A DNA stretch of 40,000 nucleotides from Aphanothece hegewaldii CCALA 016 (GTDB taxonomy: Bacteria > Cyanobacteriota > Cyanobacteriia > Cyanobacteriales > Microcystaceae): contig NZ_PXOH01000014.1 in assembly GCF_003007785.1 (NCBI RefSeq), forward strand, positions 79,961 through 119,960, in the 5' to 3' direction. Below, piece by piece: positions 18,226 through 26,371 of this stretch. Each line of letters starts with the position of its first letter. Position 1 is the stretch's first letter. The notes beneath the pieces are model-generated. The model saw nothing but the letters and a program-made list of their open reading frames with translations, was not told the DNA's origin and did not search any database. A program made the translations under genes and the position numbers.

Positions 18226-18460
18226 TATGTTAGTTTTACAGACCACCGTGAAATGAATTTCTCATCGCCTAAGTCCATTGATGAAAGTTAAAAAAATAAT
18301 TCGCTGATCAAGTTAGTTCCATAGACCACCGTGAAATGAATTTCACGGCTTATAGCTAAAGACGGTTCAAACCGTCTCTCTATAAGCTCCTTAGTCCATT
18401 TTAATGGACTTGTGCTATGAGACAGAGAATTCATTCTCTGGCGGTCTAGATAATTTGATA
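18226..18460. repeat. Cluster of nested small hairpin repeats (SDR/MITE-like), cluster 1
   Basis: A 22-nt direct repeat agaccaccgtgaaatgaatttc occurs at 18240-18261 and 18323-18344. The unit 18323-18447 has imperfect terminal inverted repeats (agaccaccgtgaaatgaatttcacgg / cagagaattcattctctggcggtct). Inside it are the hairpins cttatag...ctataag, gacggttcaaaccgtc and agtccattttaatggact. Confidence 0.8.
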
Positions 18461-18469
18461 ATTTGTTGA

Positions 18470-18796
18470 CACTCCCCGCCCTAAAGGGCTAGGATTCTTA
18501 GGCTGCCCACTGCCTTAAACTTAGTTAACTAAGTTTTCGGTCTTACACGAGCAAATCTGATCAGCCTCGACTACACCTTTTACAGCAAGCCACTTAACGA
18601 GTCACTCCCGTAAGCGTAAATTCGGGTAAGCCCTACCCTATTTAATTATTTTTTGTCCTTGCCGTGTGGATTCATTTTAATACCATTGACGGTTCAGCAA
18701 CAAGAGTCTACGGAGTGTTTCTTGTTTCTTCACGCCTAGCAGGTCAACGACCAAATTAATTGTAGCACAAAGTCGTCATAAATGACGGGGTTTTTT
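18470..18796. repeat. Structured non-coding element, copy B (homologous to 15155..15372, inverted)
   Basis: No ORF of the listed size lies between 18279 and 19000. It begins with the hairpin gccc-taaa-gggc, in the same position as the gac-taaa-gtc hairpin on the reverse complement of copy A. It shares the cttaacgagt / ccgt..gcgtaa.tt / ttaattatt blocks with that reverse complement. It ends with a weak hairpin cgtca-taaa-tgacg followed by gggtttttt. Confidence 0.6.
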
Positions 18797-18999
18797 ACCC
18801 AATTTTTTGATAATTTTCACATTATTCTCTGGCAATCCTGAAAATTTAGAAAAATCTAAAAAAAGTTCACTCTTGAATGCACTATTTTTTGGACTTTTGA
18901 GAAAACCACAACAAATGTATTAATGTATATCTATTGACAGAGGGAAGCCAATAGAAAGGGAATTTAAGATATGAAGCGATAAATGTACTAAAAAAGACT

Positions 19000-20238
19000 A
19001 TGGGTGTCATTCAGTCCAGTTTTACGGCAACAGATAACGCTTTTCATGTAGAAGGCTACGAAAAAATCGAATTTAGCTTACTTTATGTCGATGGAGCATT
19101 TAATAAAGAAAATCCTGAAATTGCAGATAGCTATCGCAAATTAGGACGCTGTTTAATGATCGTGGATCAAACAGTCTACGAGATCTATGGCGAACAAATG
19201 CAAGACTATTTTGATTACCATGAGATTGAATTAACTGCTTTTCCAATTACGATCAGAGAAACAGATAAGACTCTAGATACTCTTAAATTAATCATTGATC
19301 AATTTGCCGATTTTGGTTTACTGCGAAAAGAACCTGTACTCGTTGTCGGTGGTGGTCTAATTACGGATGTAGCTGGTTTTGCTTGCTCAACCTATCGTCG
19401 TGCAACCAATTATATTCGAGTTCCCACAACTTTGATCGGGATGATCGATGCAAGTGTAGCGATCAAGGTTGCCGTTAATCATGGTAAGCTGAAAAACCGT
19501 CTAGGGGCTTATCACGCTTCACAAAAAGTTATTTTAGATTTCTCGTTTTTACGATCGCTGCCGATTGCTCAAATTCGCAATGGTATGGCAGAATTAATCA
19601 AAATTGCGGTTGTTTCTAATTCAAGCATTTTTCAAGCATTAGAGAAGTACGGCGAAGAGTTACTAAATACCCATTTCGGCTATCTTAACGGGACTCCAGA
19701 ACTCCGAGAAATTGGTCATCAACTTACCTACGATGCCATTAAGACGATGTTGGAACTAGAAGTACCCAACTTACATGAACTTGACCTAGATCGGGTGATC
19801 GCCTATGGACATACTTGGAGTCCCACACTAGAACTAACGCCCCAAACTCCCATGTATCACGGTCATGCGGTCAATATTGATATGGCTCTTTCCGCGACTA
19901 TTGCCCAACAAAGAGGTTATATTACTGTTGAAGAACGCGATCGTATTTTAGGTGTGATGAGTCGTATTGGTCTAGCCCTTGATAGCGACTATCTCACCAG
20001 CGAACTACTCTGGAAAGCCACCCAATCGATCAGCCGTACTCGTGATGGTTTACTTCGCGCTGCTGCCCCAAAACCCATCGGTAAGTGTTTCTTTATGAAT
20101 GATCTCACCCGTGAAGAATTAGATAATTCATTACTCTTACATCGGGCTATTTGTCAGAACTATCCACGTCAAGGTGATGGCGAAGAAATGTACATCAGTA
20201 TCAAAGAAGTTCAATCTAATTTGATGGAGACATACTGA
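19000..20238 (+). CDS. mysA: Desmethyl-4-deoxygadusol synthase (sugar-phosphate cyclase, DHQS-like), first step of MAA biosynthesis
   Basis: The 412-aa protein has the N-terminus [20 protein letters not shown], the nucleotide loop [14 protein letters not shown] and the metal-site region GHTWSP...HGHAVNIDM. These match the DDGS/EEVS-type cyclases that head mys clusters. Context: an OMT and an ATP-grasp gene follow immediately. Confidence 0.9.
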   Translation: MGVIQSSFTATDNAFHVEGYEKIEFSLLYVDGAFNKENPEIADSYRKLGRCLMIVDQTVYEIYGEQMQDYFDYHEIELTAFPITIRETDKTLDTLKLIIDQFADFGLLRKEPVLVVGGGLITDVAGFACSTYRRATNYIRVPTTLIGMIDASVAIKVAVNHGKLKNRLGAYHASQKVILDFSFLRSLPIAQIRNGMAELIKIAVVSNSSIFQALEKYGEELLNTHFGYLNGTPELREIGHQLTYDAIKTMLELEVPNLHELDLDRVIAYGHTWSPTLELTPQTPMYHGHAVNIDMALSATIAQQRGYITVEERDRILGVMSRIGLALDSDYLTSELLWKATQSISRTRDGLLRAAAPKPIGKCFFMNDLTREELDNSLLLHRAICQNYPRQGDGEEMYISIKEVQSNLMETY

Positions 20239-21032
20239 TGGCGCGTCCAGTTACACCCTTGGGAATTTTAGCCAAAACCTTAGAGTCGATTGTTCAAAAA
20301 ATTGATACAACGGATACAGTTTTAAAAGATGAGTTATGCTATGCGTATCAAATTGCGTCTGGACTCGATCCTTATCTAGAAGACTGTACCACACCCGACT
20401 CGGAGCCATTACGCCAACTGGTGACTAAGACTCAGCAAGAAGAATGGGGCCAAAATTGGCAAAAACAGGTTACTGAAGTTCCTCTAGAACAGGAAATGCT
20501 ATCAGGACACGTGGAAGGGCAAACACTAAAAATGTTTGTCAGGATGACCCAGGCGACCCGAATTTTAGAAATTGGGATGTTTACTGGCTATTCTGCGTTA
20601 GCGATGGCAGAAGCGTTACCTGAGCATGGACAAGTCGTAGCCTGTGAAGTTGATCCCTATGTGGCTCAATTCGCTCAACACTGTTTTGATAATTCGCCTC
20701 ATGGTCACAAAATCAAGGTTAAAGTTGCACCAGCCCTCTTGACAATGCGACAGTTATCTGATATGGGCGAGTCCTTTGATTTCGTGTTTATCGATGCAGA
20801 TAAAGGGGGTTATATCGATTACTTCAACTTTCTGTTAGAGACGAATTTATTAGCACCAAACGGAATTATCTGTGTTGATAATACCTTGCTGCAAGGCGAA
20901 CCTTATCTAAGTGAGAAATCTGCTAATGGTTCTGCGATCGCACAGTTCAATCGTCACGTCGCTAATGATCCCCGTGTTGAACAGGTATTATTACCCTTGC
21001 GCGATGGCTTAACGATTATAAGACGAGTCTGA
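20238..21032 (+). CDS. mysB: SAM-dependent O-methyltransferase forming 4-deoxygadusol
   Basis: A caffeoyl-CoA-OMT-like class I methyltransferase (ILEIGMFTGYSALAMAEALP, FDFVFIDADKGGY). Its ATG overlaps the mysA TGA (TGATG at 20236-20240), which implies translational coupling. Confidence 0.9.
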   Translation: MARPVTPLGILAKTLESIVQKIDTTDTVLKDELCYAYQIASGLDPYLEDCTTPDSEPLRQLVTKTQQEEWGQNWQKQVTEVPLEQEMLSGHVEGQTLKMFVRMTQATRILEIGMFTGYSALAMAEALPEHGQVVACEVDPYVAQFAQHCFDNSPHGHKIKVKVAPALLTMRQLSDMGESFDFVFIDADKGGYIDYFNFLLETNLLAPNGIICVDNTLLQGEPYLSEKSANGSAIAQFNRHVANDPRVEQVLLPLRDGLTIIRRV

Positions 21033-21040
21033 GGTGAATC

Positions 21041-22435
21041 ATGGATAATCTTTTTAATTCATCGGCTGATTCAAGTTCATTAAGTAAGGGATGGTTGCGA
21101 TCGATACAAGGGTCATCACTGAAAACGCTAGGGACACTGTTATTGTTATTATTGATGTTGCCCTTCAATTTAGCACTGACTCTCACTGCTTTAGTTTGGA
21201 GTTGGGTTTGGCCATTTAGAAAGCGAGTGATAGCATCTAACCCTAAAACTGTAATGATTAGTGGTGGAAAGATGACGAAAGCCTTGCAGTTAGCGCGATC
21301 GTTTTATATGGCAGGGCATCGAGTCATATTAGTCGAAACCCATAAATATTGGCTAGTCGGTCATCGCTACTCATGGGCAGTCGATCGCTTTTATACCATT
21401 CCCGACCCCAAACAAGATACAGAAGGCTATCTACAAGGATTACTCGATATCGCTCAAAAAGAACAGGTCGATCTCTATGTACCCGTCTGTAGCCCTGTAG
21501 CCAGTTATTATGATGCTTTGGCTAAAGAATTGCTGGCTCAACAGTGTGATGTTTTCCATGAAGATGCTAAAACGGTACAACAACTAGATGATAAGTATCA
21601 GTTTGCTCAAGCTGCCACCAACTTAGGTTTAACCGTTCCCAAATCTTTTAAAATCACGCATCCTCAGCAAGTTCTCGATTTTGATTTCTCTAAGGAAACT
21701 CATCCTTATATCATCAAAAGCATTCCCTATGATTCAGTAAATCGTCTAAACCTGACTAAGCTTCCCTGTGCATCCCGTCAAGATACTGAAATGTTTGTCA
21801 ATTCCTTACCCATTTCAGAAACTAAACCTTGGGTGATGCAGGAGTTTATCACAGGTCAAGAGTACTGTGTTCATAGTACAGTAAAGAATGGTGAATTACG
21901 GGTGTATTGCTGCTGTGAATCTTCCGCTTTTCAGGTGAATTACGAGGCTGTAGATATACCAGAAATCAAGCAATGGGTGACTCAATTTGTACAGGGAATG
22001 AAACTAACGGGACAAATGTCCTTTGATTTCATCCGTACCCCAACAGGTGAAGTATATGCGATCGAGTGTAACCCCCGTACCCACTCTGCGATCACATTGT
22101 TCTACAATCATCCCGACTTAGCAAAAGCCTACCTCGATCCAGAACCTTTCTCAGAACCCCTAGAACCGTTAGCCTCAGCCCGTCCTACCTATTGGACATA
22201 TCATGAATTTTGGCGACTGGTGACGCATTTAAGTTCACTTCAAGAGGTTGCGTATCGTCTTGGTATTTTGTTCAAGGGCAAAGATGCTATTTTTAGTTGG
22301 AATGATCCACTACCTTTTCTGATGGTTCATGGGTGGCAAATTCCGTTACTGTTGCTTAAGAGCTTACGACAGGGTAAAGACTGGATTCGGATCGACTTTA
22401 ATATTGGTAAGCTAGTTCAGATGGGGGGAGATTAA
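21041..22435 (+). CDS. mysC: ATP-grasp ligase (mycosporine-glycine synthase)
   Basis: The 464-aa protein has a hydrophobic N-terminus, then VMISGGKMTKALQLARSFYMAGHRVILVETHKYWLVGHRYS and IECNPRTHSA. This pattern is characteristic of Ava_3856/NpR5598-type MysC. Confidence 0.88.
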   Translation: MDNLFNSSADSSSLSKGWLRSIQGSSLKTLGTLLLLLLMLPFNLALTLTALVWSWVWPFRKRVIASNPKTVMISGGKMTKALQLARSFYMAGHRVILVETHKYWLVGHRYSWAVDRFYTIPDPKQDTEGYLQGLLDIAQKEQVDLYVPVCSPVASYYDALAKELLAQQCDVFHEDAKTVQQLDDKYQFAQAATNLGLTVPKSFKITHPQQVLDFDFSKETHPYIIKSIPYDSVNRLNLTKLPCASRQDTEMFVNSLPISETKPWVMQEFITGQEYCVHSTVKNGELRVYCCCESSAFQVNYEAVDIPEIKQWVTQFVQGMKLTGQMSFDFIRTPTGEVYAIECNPRTHSAITLFYNHPDLAKAYLDPEPFSEPLEPLASARPTYWTYHEFWRLVTHLSSLQEVAYRLGILFKGKDAIFSWNDPLPFLMVHGWQIPLLLLKSLRQGKDWIRIDFNIGKLVQMGGD

Positions 22436-22469
22436 GGTTTAATTTATGGAAATAACTCCAAATCTTTTT

Positions 22470-22495
22470 GGGTTTGGAGACCAAACCCCTACAAT
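22470..22495. repeat. Dispersed palindromic repeat, copy 4 (GGGTTTGGAGACCAAACCCCTACAAT)
   Basis: An exact copy of 10098..10123. It lies in the 101-nt mysC-MATE spacer, 35 nt after the mysC stop and 42 nt before the MATE ATG. Confidence 0.9.
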
Positions 22496-22536
22496 CATTG
22501 TTCTTCTTTGGCTCATTCTTTCTCATTTCCGCTTAC

Positions 22537-23895
22537 ATGACCTCTACTTTACTGCGATCCAACCTTAAATCTGAAATCCGCGAATTTTTAAAACTCGCCA
22601 TCCCTCTTGCCAGCGCTCAAGTTGCCCAATCAGCGATCGGATTTGCTGATACAGTGATGATGGGTCGCATGGGAGCCGATGTTTTAGGAGCAGGTGGACT
22701 AGCAGCAATGATCTTCCTCTCGATTATGACAACTGCGAGTGGCATTGTCATGGGTGTGAGTCCCCTAATTGCCGAAGCTTTTGGTTCTGAACAAAAAAAT
22801 CGCATTGAACAAATTGCTCGTCAGGGAATTTGGTTAACATTATTAATTTCACTCCCTTTGATCATCATTACGGGACATCTTGACATTTGGTTAAAACACA
22901 CGGGACAGTCAGATAAAACCCTACAATATGTCAACACTTACTTAGATATTATGCGGTGGGGCTTATTACCTGGTATGGGTTTTGCTGCACTGCGTGCCAC
23001 TGTTTCGGCTCTTTCTCAAGCACGTCCAATTATGATCATCGTCGTAGGTGGAACGGTTTTTAATATTGTCTGGAATTATATCTTAGGGTTTGGTAAATTT
23101 GGCTTTCCACAATTAGGATTAGCTGGATTAGCAATAGCGAGTGTTTCGGCATTATGGGGAATGTTTATCGCCTTAGCACTATATGTCTTAATTAATCAAA
23201 ACCTGAAAAACTATCGTATTTTCCAAAGACTTCATCAAGTTAAACCTCAAATTCTCTGGGAATTAGTTTGGGTTGGTGTCCCTATTGGCATCTTTACGGG
23301 CTTAGAAACGGGCTTTTTTATGGTGATCATGTTTTGGATGGGAACATTAGGAACTGAGGTTTTAGCAGCCCATCAAGTCGTGTTGCAGACTATTGTTATG
23401 GTGTTTATGGTACCGTTAGGAATTTCTTACGCGACTACGGTGCGAGTTGGTTTATGGTTGGGACGAAACGATCGCATCAAAATTAAACAAGCGGCATGGG
23501 TTAGTATGAGTATTAGTACACTTTTTACCCTCGGTGTATCGATCGCTTTTTTGCTATTTCCTAAACAGATTATTGGGATTTATTTAGATGTGCAGAATCC
23601 CGACAATGCTGCGATCATCGCCATTGCCTTACCACTGCTCCTGACTGCTGCGATCGCTCAAGTCCTAGACGGTCTTCAAAAGGCGGTTTATGGCGCATTA
23701 CAAGGTCTTCAAGATACACAAATTCCCATGTTCATGAATATACTAGGCTATTGGGGTATTGGTCTATCGGTGGGTTATGGACTAGGTTTTGGTTTAAACT
23801 TAGGTGGTGTTGGTTTGTGGATTGGGCAATTAGTTGCTACTGTCGTGGTTGCGGTTCTCTTTATCTGGCGATTTAATCATCTAAGTCAAGAGTGA
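22537..23895 (+). CDS. MATE family efflux transporter
   Basis: A 12-TM protein with the NorM/DinF-like N-terminus EFLKLAIPLASAQVAQSAIGFADTVMMGRMG and an internal repeat. I chose the ATG at 22537 because the track start at 22468 would translate through the palindromic repeat. Confidence 0.85.
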   Translation: MTSTLLRSNLKSEIREFLKLAIPLASAQVAQSAIGFADTVMMGRMGADVLGAGGLAAMIFLSIMTTASGIVMGVSPLIAEAFGSEQKNRIEQIARQGIWLTLLISLPLIIITGHLDIWLKHTGQSDKTLQYVNTYLDIMRWGLLPGMGFAALRATVSALSQARPIMIIVVGGTVFNIVWNYILGFGKFGFPQLGLAGLAIASVSALWGMFIALALYVLINQNLKNYRIFQRLHQVKPQILWELVWVGVPIGIFTGLETGFFMVIMFWMGTLGTEVLAAHQVVLQTIVMVFMVPLGISYATTVRVGLWLGRNDRIKIKQAAWVSMSISTLFTLGVSIAFLLFPKQIIGIYLDVQNPDNAAIIAIALPLLLTAAIAQVLDGLQKAVYGALQGLQDTQIPMFMNILGYWGIGLSVGYGLGFGLNLGGVGLWIGQLVATVVVAVLFIWRFNHLSQE

Positions 23896-25148
23896 AGTAA
23901 TTCTTCAAACAAAGATAAATAACGACCTGCTTGTGTTAATAAATTAAATTCCCGTTCGGCTTTTTCTCGTGCTTGTAAACTCAGTTTTTGAGAGCGTTCT
24001 GGGTTTTCGATCACCCACGCAATACCATTCGCTAAATCTTCACTACTCAAACACTCTGCACGATATCCATTCTGTTGATGATCGACCAAATCCTTTAAGC
24101 CCGTTGTATCAAAACAAACTACAGGCGTACCACAGGCTAAAGATTCAGATGCAGTTTGTCCGAAAACTTCTTCAGTCGATGGCACAATCATGACATCAGC
24201 CGATGAATAAAGTAGAGCTAGTTTACGCTCATCATCGATTTTACCTAAATAATGAATCGGGAAACCTAATTCTATAGTTTTTTCAGGTTGAGAAGCCCCA
24301 AATACTATTAACTCTATTTTATTTTGTAATGAAGAATGACTCAGTTTTTGTAATGCTGCTTGTAATAAAGCAAATCCTTTTCGATGATTATTAATGGCGT
24401 TAATTGCCCCAAATAAAACTAAATGCTTATCTTGTGGCAGGTTTAGTAAGTTTCTTGCAGTTTTTTGCTCCGTTGGATGATATAACTCAATATCTAAACC
24501 ATGATGAATGACTCTAATATCTTTATCGCAAAATAGTGAACTCGATCTAGCACATTGGGCCAGCCAATGACTCGGTGTAACAATGGTAAACTTTAGATCT
24601 CTCCATGCTTTAGCTTTGCGCTGCCATGTCAAACGAGATAAATCCCAACTGCGATCGCTTTTTAAGATTGGACACTTACCACAAGATTTTGTATAGCCAT
24701 CACATCCTTGAGAATAGCAACATCCGCCCGTAAATGCCCACAAATCAGCAAATGTCCAAACGATCGGTTTTTTGATTTTTGCCAGTGCTTCAATTGGTAA
24801 AAAACCATCACATATCCAGCGCAAATTAACAATATCGGGAGCAAGTTTATTAATTTGTGGATTAATAATATCTGGAAGCCATTGAATCGGAAAAAGTACC
24901 GCACCCTTTTGTCGATTTTGATAAAATTTTAGAGGTAAAGCATCCAAGTTTCGACGCGCTTTCCAGATTTTTTGAGCAAATTGATTCGGTGCGCTCACTA
25001 AAGTCGGATCATCCATCCGTTTATCTTGAACGAGCATTCTAGAATCAATTCCTAACTTAAGAAAGCCTTGATGGAGTCGATAAGCTGAACGAGAAGCACC
25101 CGCACCACCTACAGGATCATAGCTACTAACAATTAATGGTTTAATCAT
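23886..25148 (-). CDS. Glycosyltransferase family 4 (GT-B fold)
   Basis: A 420-aa protein. The N-terminal GGAGASRSAYRLHQG and the C-terminal EX7E region PSTEEVFGQTASESLACGTPVV are typical of GT4 retaining transferases. Its 3' end overlaps the MATE 3' end by 10 nt. Confidence 0.85.
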   Translation of the reverse strand: MIKPLIVSSYDPVGGAGASRSAYRLHQGFLKLGIDSRMLVQDKRMDDPTLVSAPNQFAQKIWKARRNLDALPLKFYQNRQKGAVLFPIQWLPDIINPQINKLAPDIVNLRWICDGFLPIEALAKIKKPIVWTFADLWAFTGGCCYSQGCDGYTKSCGKCPILKSDRSWDLSRLTWQRKAKAWRDLKFTIVTPSHWLAQCARSSSLFCDKDIRVIHHGLDIELYHPTEQKTARNLLNLPQDKHLVLFGAINAINNHRKGFALLQAALQKLSHSSLQNKIELIVFGASQPEKTIELGFPIHYLGKIDDERKLALLYSSADVMIVPSTEEVFGQTASESLACGTPVVCFDTTGLKDLVDHQQNGYRAECLSSEDLANGIAWVIENPERSQKLSLQAREKAEREFNLLTQAGRYLSLFEELLHS

Positions 25149-25155
25149 TATTAAT

Positions 25156-26016
25156 TTAAAGGCGATGAGGGAATTTCAAAAAATTAGGGTTTTGTTCCCC
25201 TCTACTCGTAGGAGAGGGGCTAGGGGTGAGGTCAATTTTAGGAAAAATTTCACAATCAATTGATTCACCAGATCGAAGCGTATCAAGTGAATTAAATTCT
25301 GAAATTCCAATTTCTTCAATCGGTTGAAACGGCCAAGTTTGCGGACTTGGATCATAAACAACATCATCACCAGTCCAATTTGTGACAATAGCACGCCTTG
25401 ACTTATAAGTTGTATTTCCTATTGAATGATGAATCGTCTGGAAATGATGAACTAAAGCATCACCTGGCTCCATATCCCAATATAAAATATCAGAATATGA
25501 CGGCTCAGAAAACCAAGAAACATTAGAATTTTCTCGTAAATCTTTATTCCATAAATGAGAGCCTTTAATATATTCTAATCGCCCATTTTCTTGATTGACT
25601 GGATCTAAAGCCAACCAAATTTTACAACATTTCCACCCCTTAACTGGCCAATAAGGTAGATCATTGTGCCATCCCACATGACTATCGGCTTTTGCTTTTT
25701 TCACAAAAAAACCGTCACACAAAAAGTTAATTGTTTCTGATTCCATAATTTGAGCAGCAACCCTCGCTAAAGGAGATTTAAACACTAAATCACGGAAATC
25801 ATTATCTTTTAGCCAAAGTCCATAATCATGAACAACATCACCTGTTTTTAGTTTTCTTCCTCTGACTCCATTACTATTTAATAAATTGCGATCAACGGCT
25901 TTTCGCATCCGTTCTACCCAATAATCATCAACAACATTTTTAAGACAGATCACACCGTCTCGCTTAAAGTTTTCTACTTCTTGACGGCTAATTTTACTGC
26001 TATTTGCTATCAACAT
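25156..26016 (-). CDS. Phytanoyl-CoA dioxygenase (PhyH) family Fe(II)/2-oxoglutarate oxygenase, a candidate MysH-like MAA tailoring enzyme
   Basis: A 286-aa protein with the HxD facial-triad start in VGWHNDLPYWP, a distal His in HHFQTIHHS and a Arg in SRRAI. The MysH assignment comes from family membership plus cluster context only. Confidence 0.75.
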   Translation of the reverse strand: MLIANSSKISRQEVENFKRDGVICLKNVVDDYWVERMRKAVDRNLLNSNGVRGRKLKTGDVVHDYGLWLKDNDFRDLVFKSPLARVAAQIMESETINFLCDGFFVKKAKADSHVGWHNDLPYWPVKGWKCCKIWLALDPVNQENGRLEYIKGSHLWNKDLRENSNVSWFSEPSYSDILYWDMEPGDALVHHFQTIHHSIGNTTYKSRRAIVTNWTGDDVVYDPSPQTWPFQPIEEIGISEFNSLDTLRSGESIDCEIFPKIDLTPSPSPTSRGEQNPNFLKFPHRL

Positions 26017-26371
26017 TCTATGTTTTATCCTTTTTAAGCTTGATTAATGCTTTGAGCTAATGAAGTGACGATATGACAAATTGTCTCTTTGTTGAGCCTA
26101 CTTGATTAATATGGATTTCGCATCTAACTAAAGATTAATTCAAAATATCTGACTTATGACAGTTGTATTTCTTGTTAAATAACCAATATTTTTATAAGTT
26201 TAAATAACAAAAAAGCTCAAAAAATAATTTGCTATTTCTCAATTTTTGATAGATGATATATTGAGAGAAAGTTGGCTTACTAAATAAGAAGTTTTAGTAA
26301 AAATCTAACCGCTTCTAAGAAATTTGATAGATGACAGTAAAGTTAATTATTTGAGTTAAGGAGATTTATCT

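Noticed and set aside
18240-18344. A possible CRISPR array, suggested by a 22-nt direct repeat occurring twice 83 nt apart.
   Set aside because: There are only two copies. The second is the terminal inverted repeat of a palindromic MITE-like unit. No regular repeat-spacer periodicity and no cas genes are present.
18361-18376. A tRNA T-arm-like sequence, gacggttcaaaccgtc.
   Set aside because: It is a perfect simple hairpin with no acceptor, D or anticodon arms around it, and it belongs to the hairpin-repeat family.
22468-22536. A 23-aa N-terminal extension of the MATE transporter.
   Set aside because: It would translate straight through the 26-nt palindromic intergenic repeat (22470-22495). 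The ATG at 22537 gives a normal MATE N-terminus.
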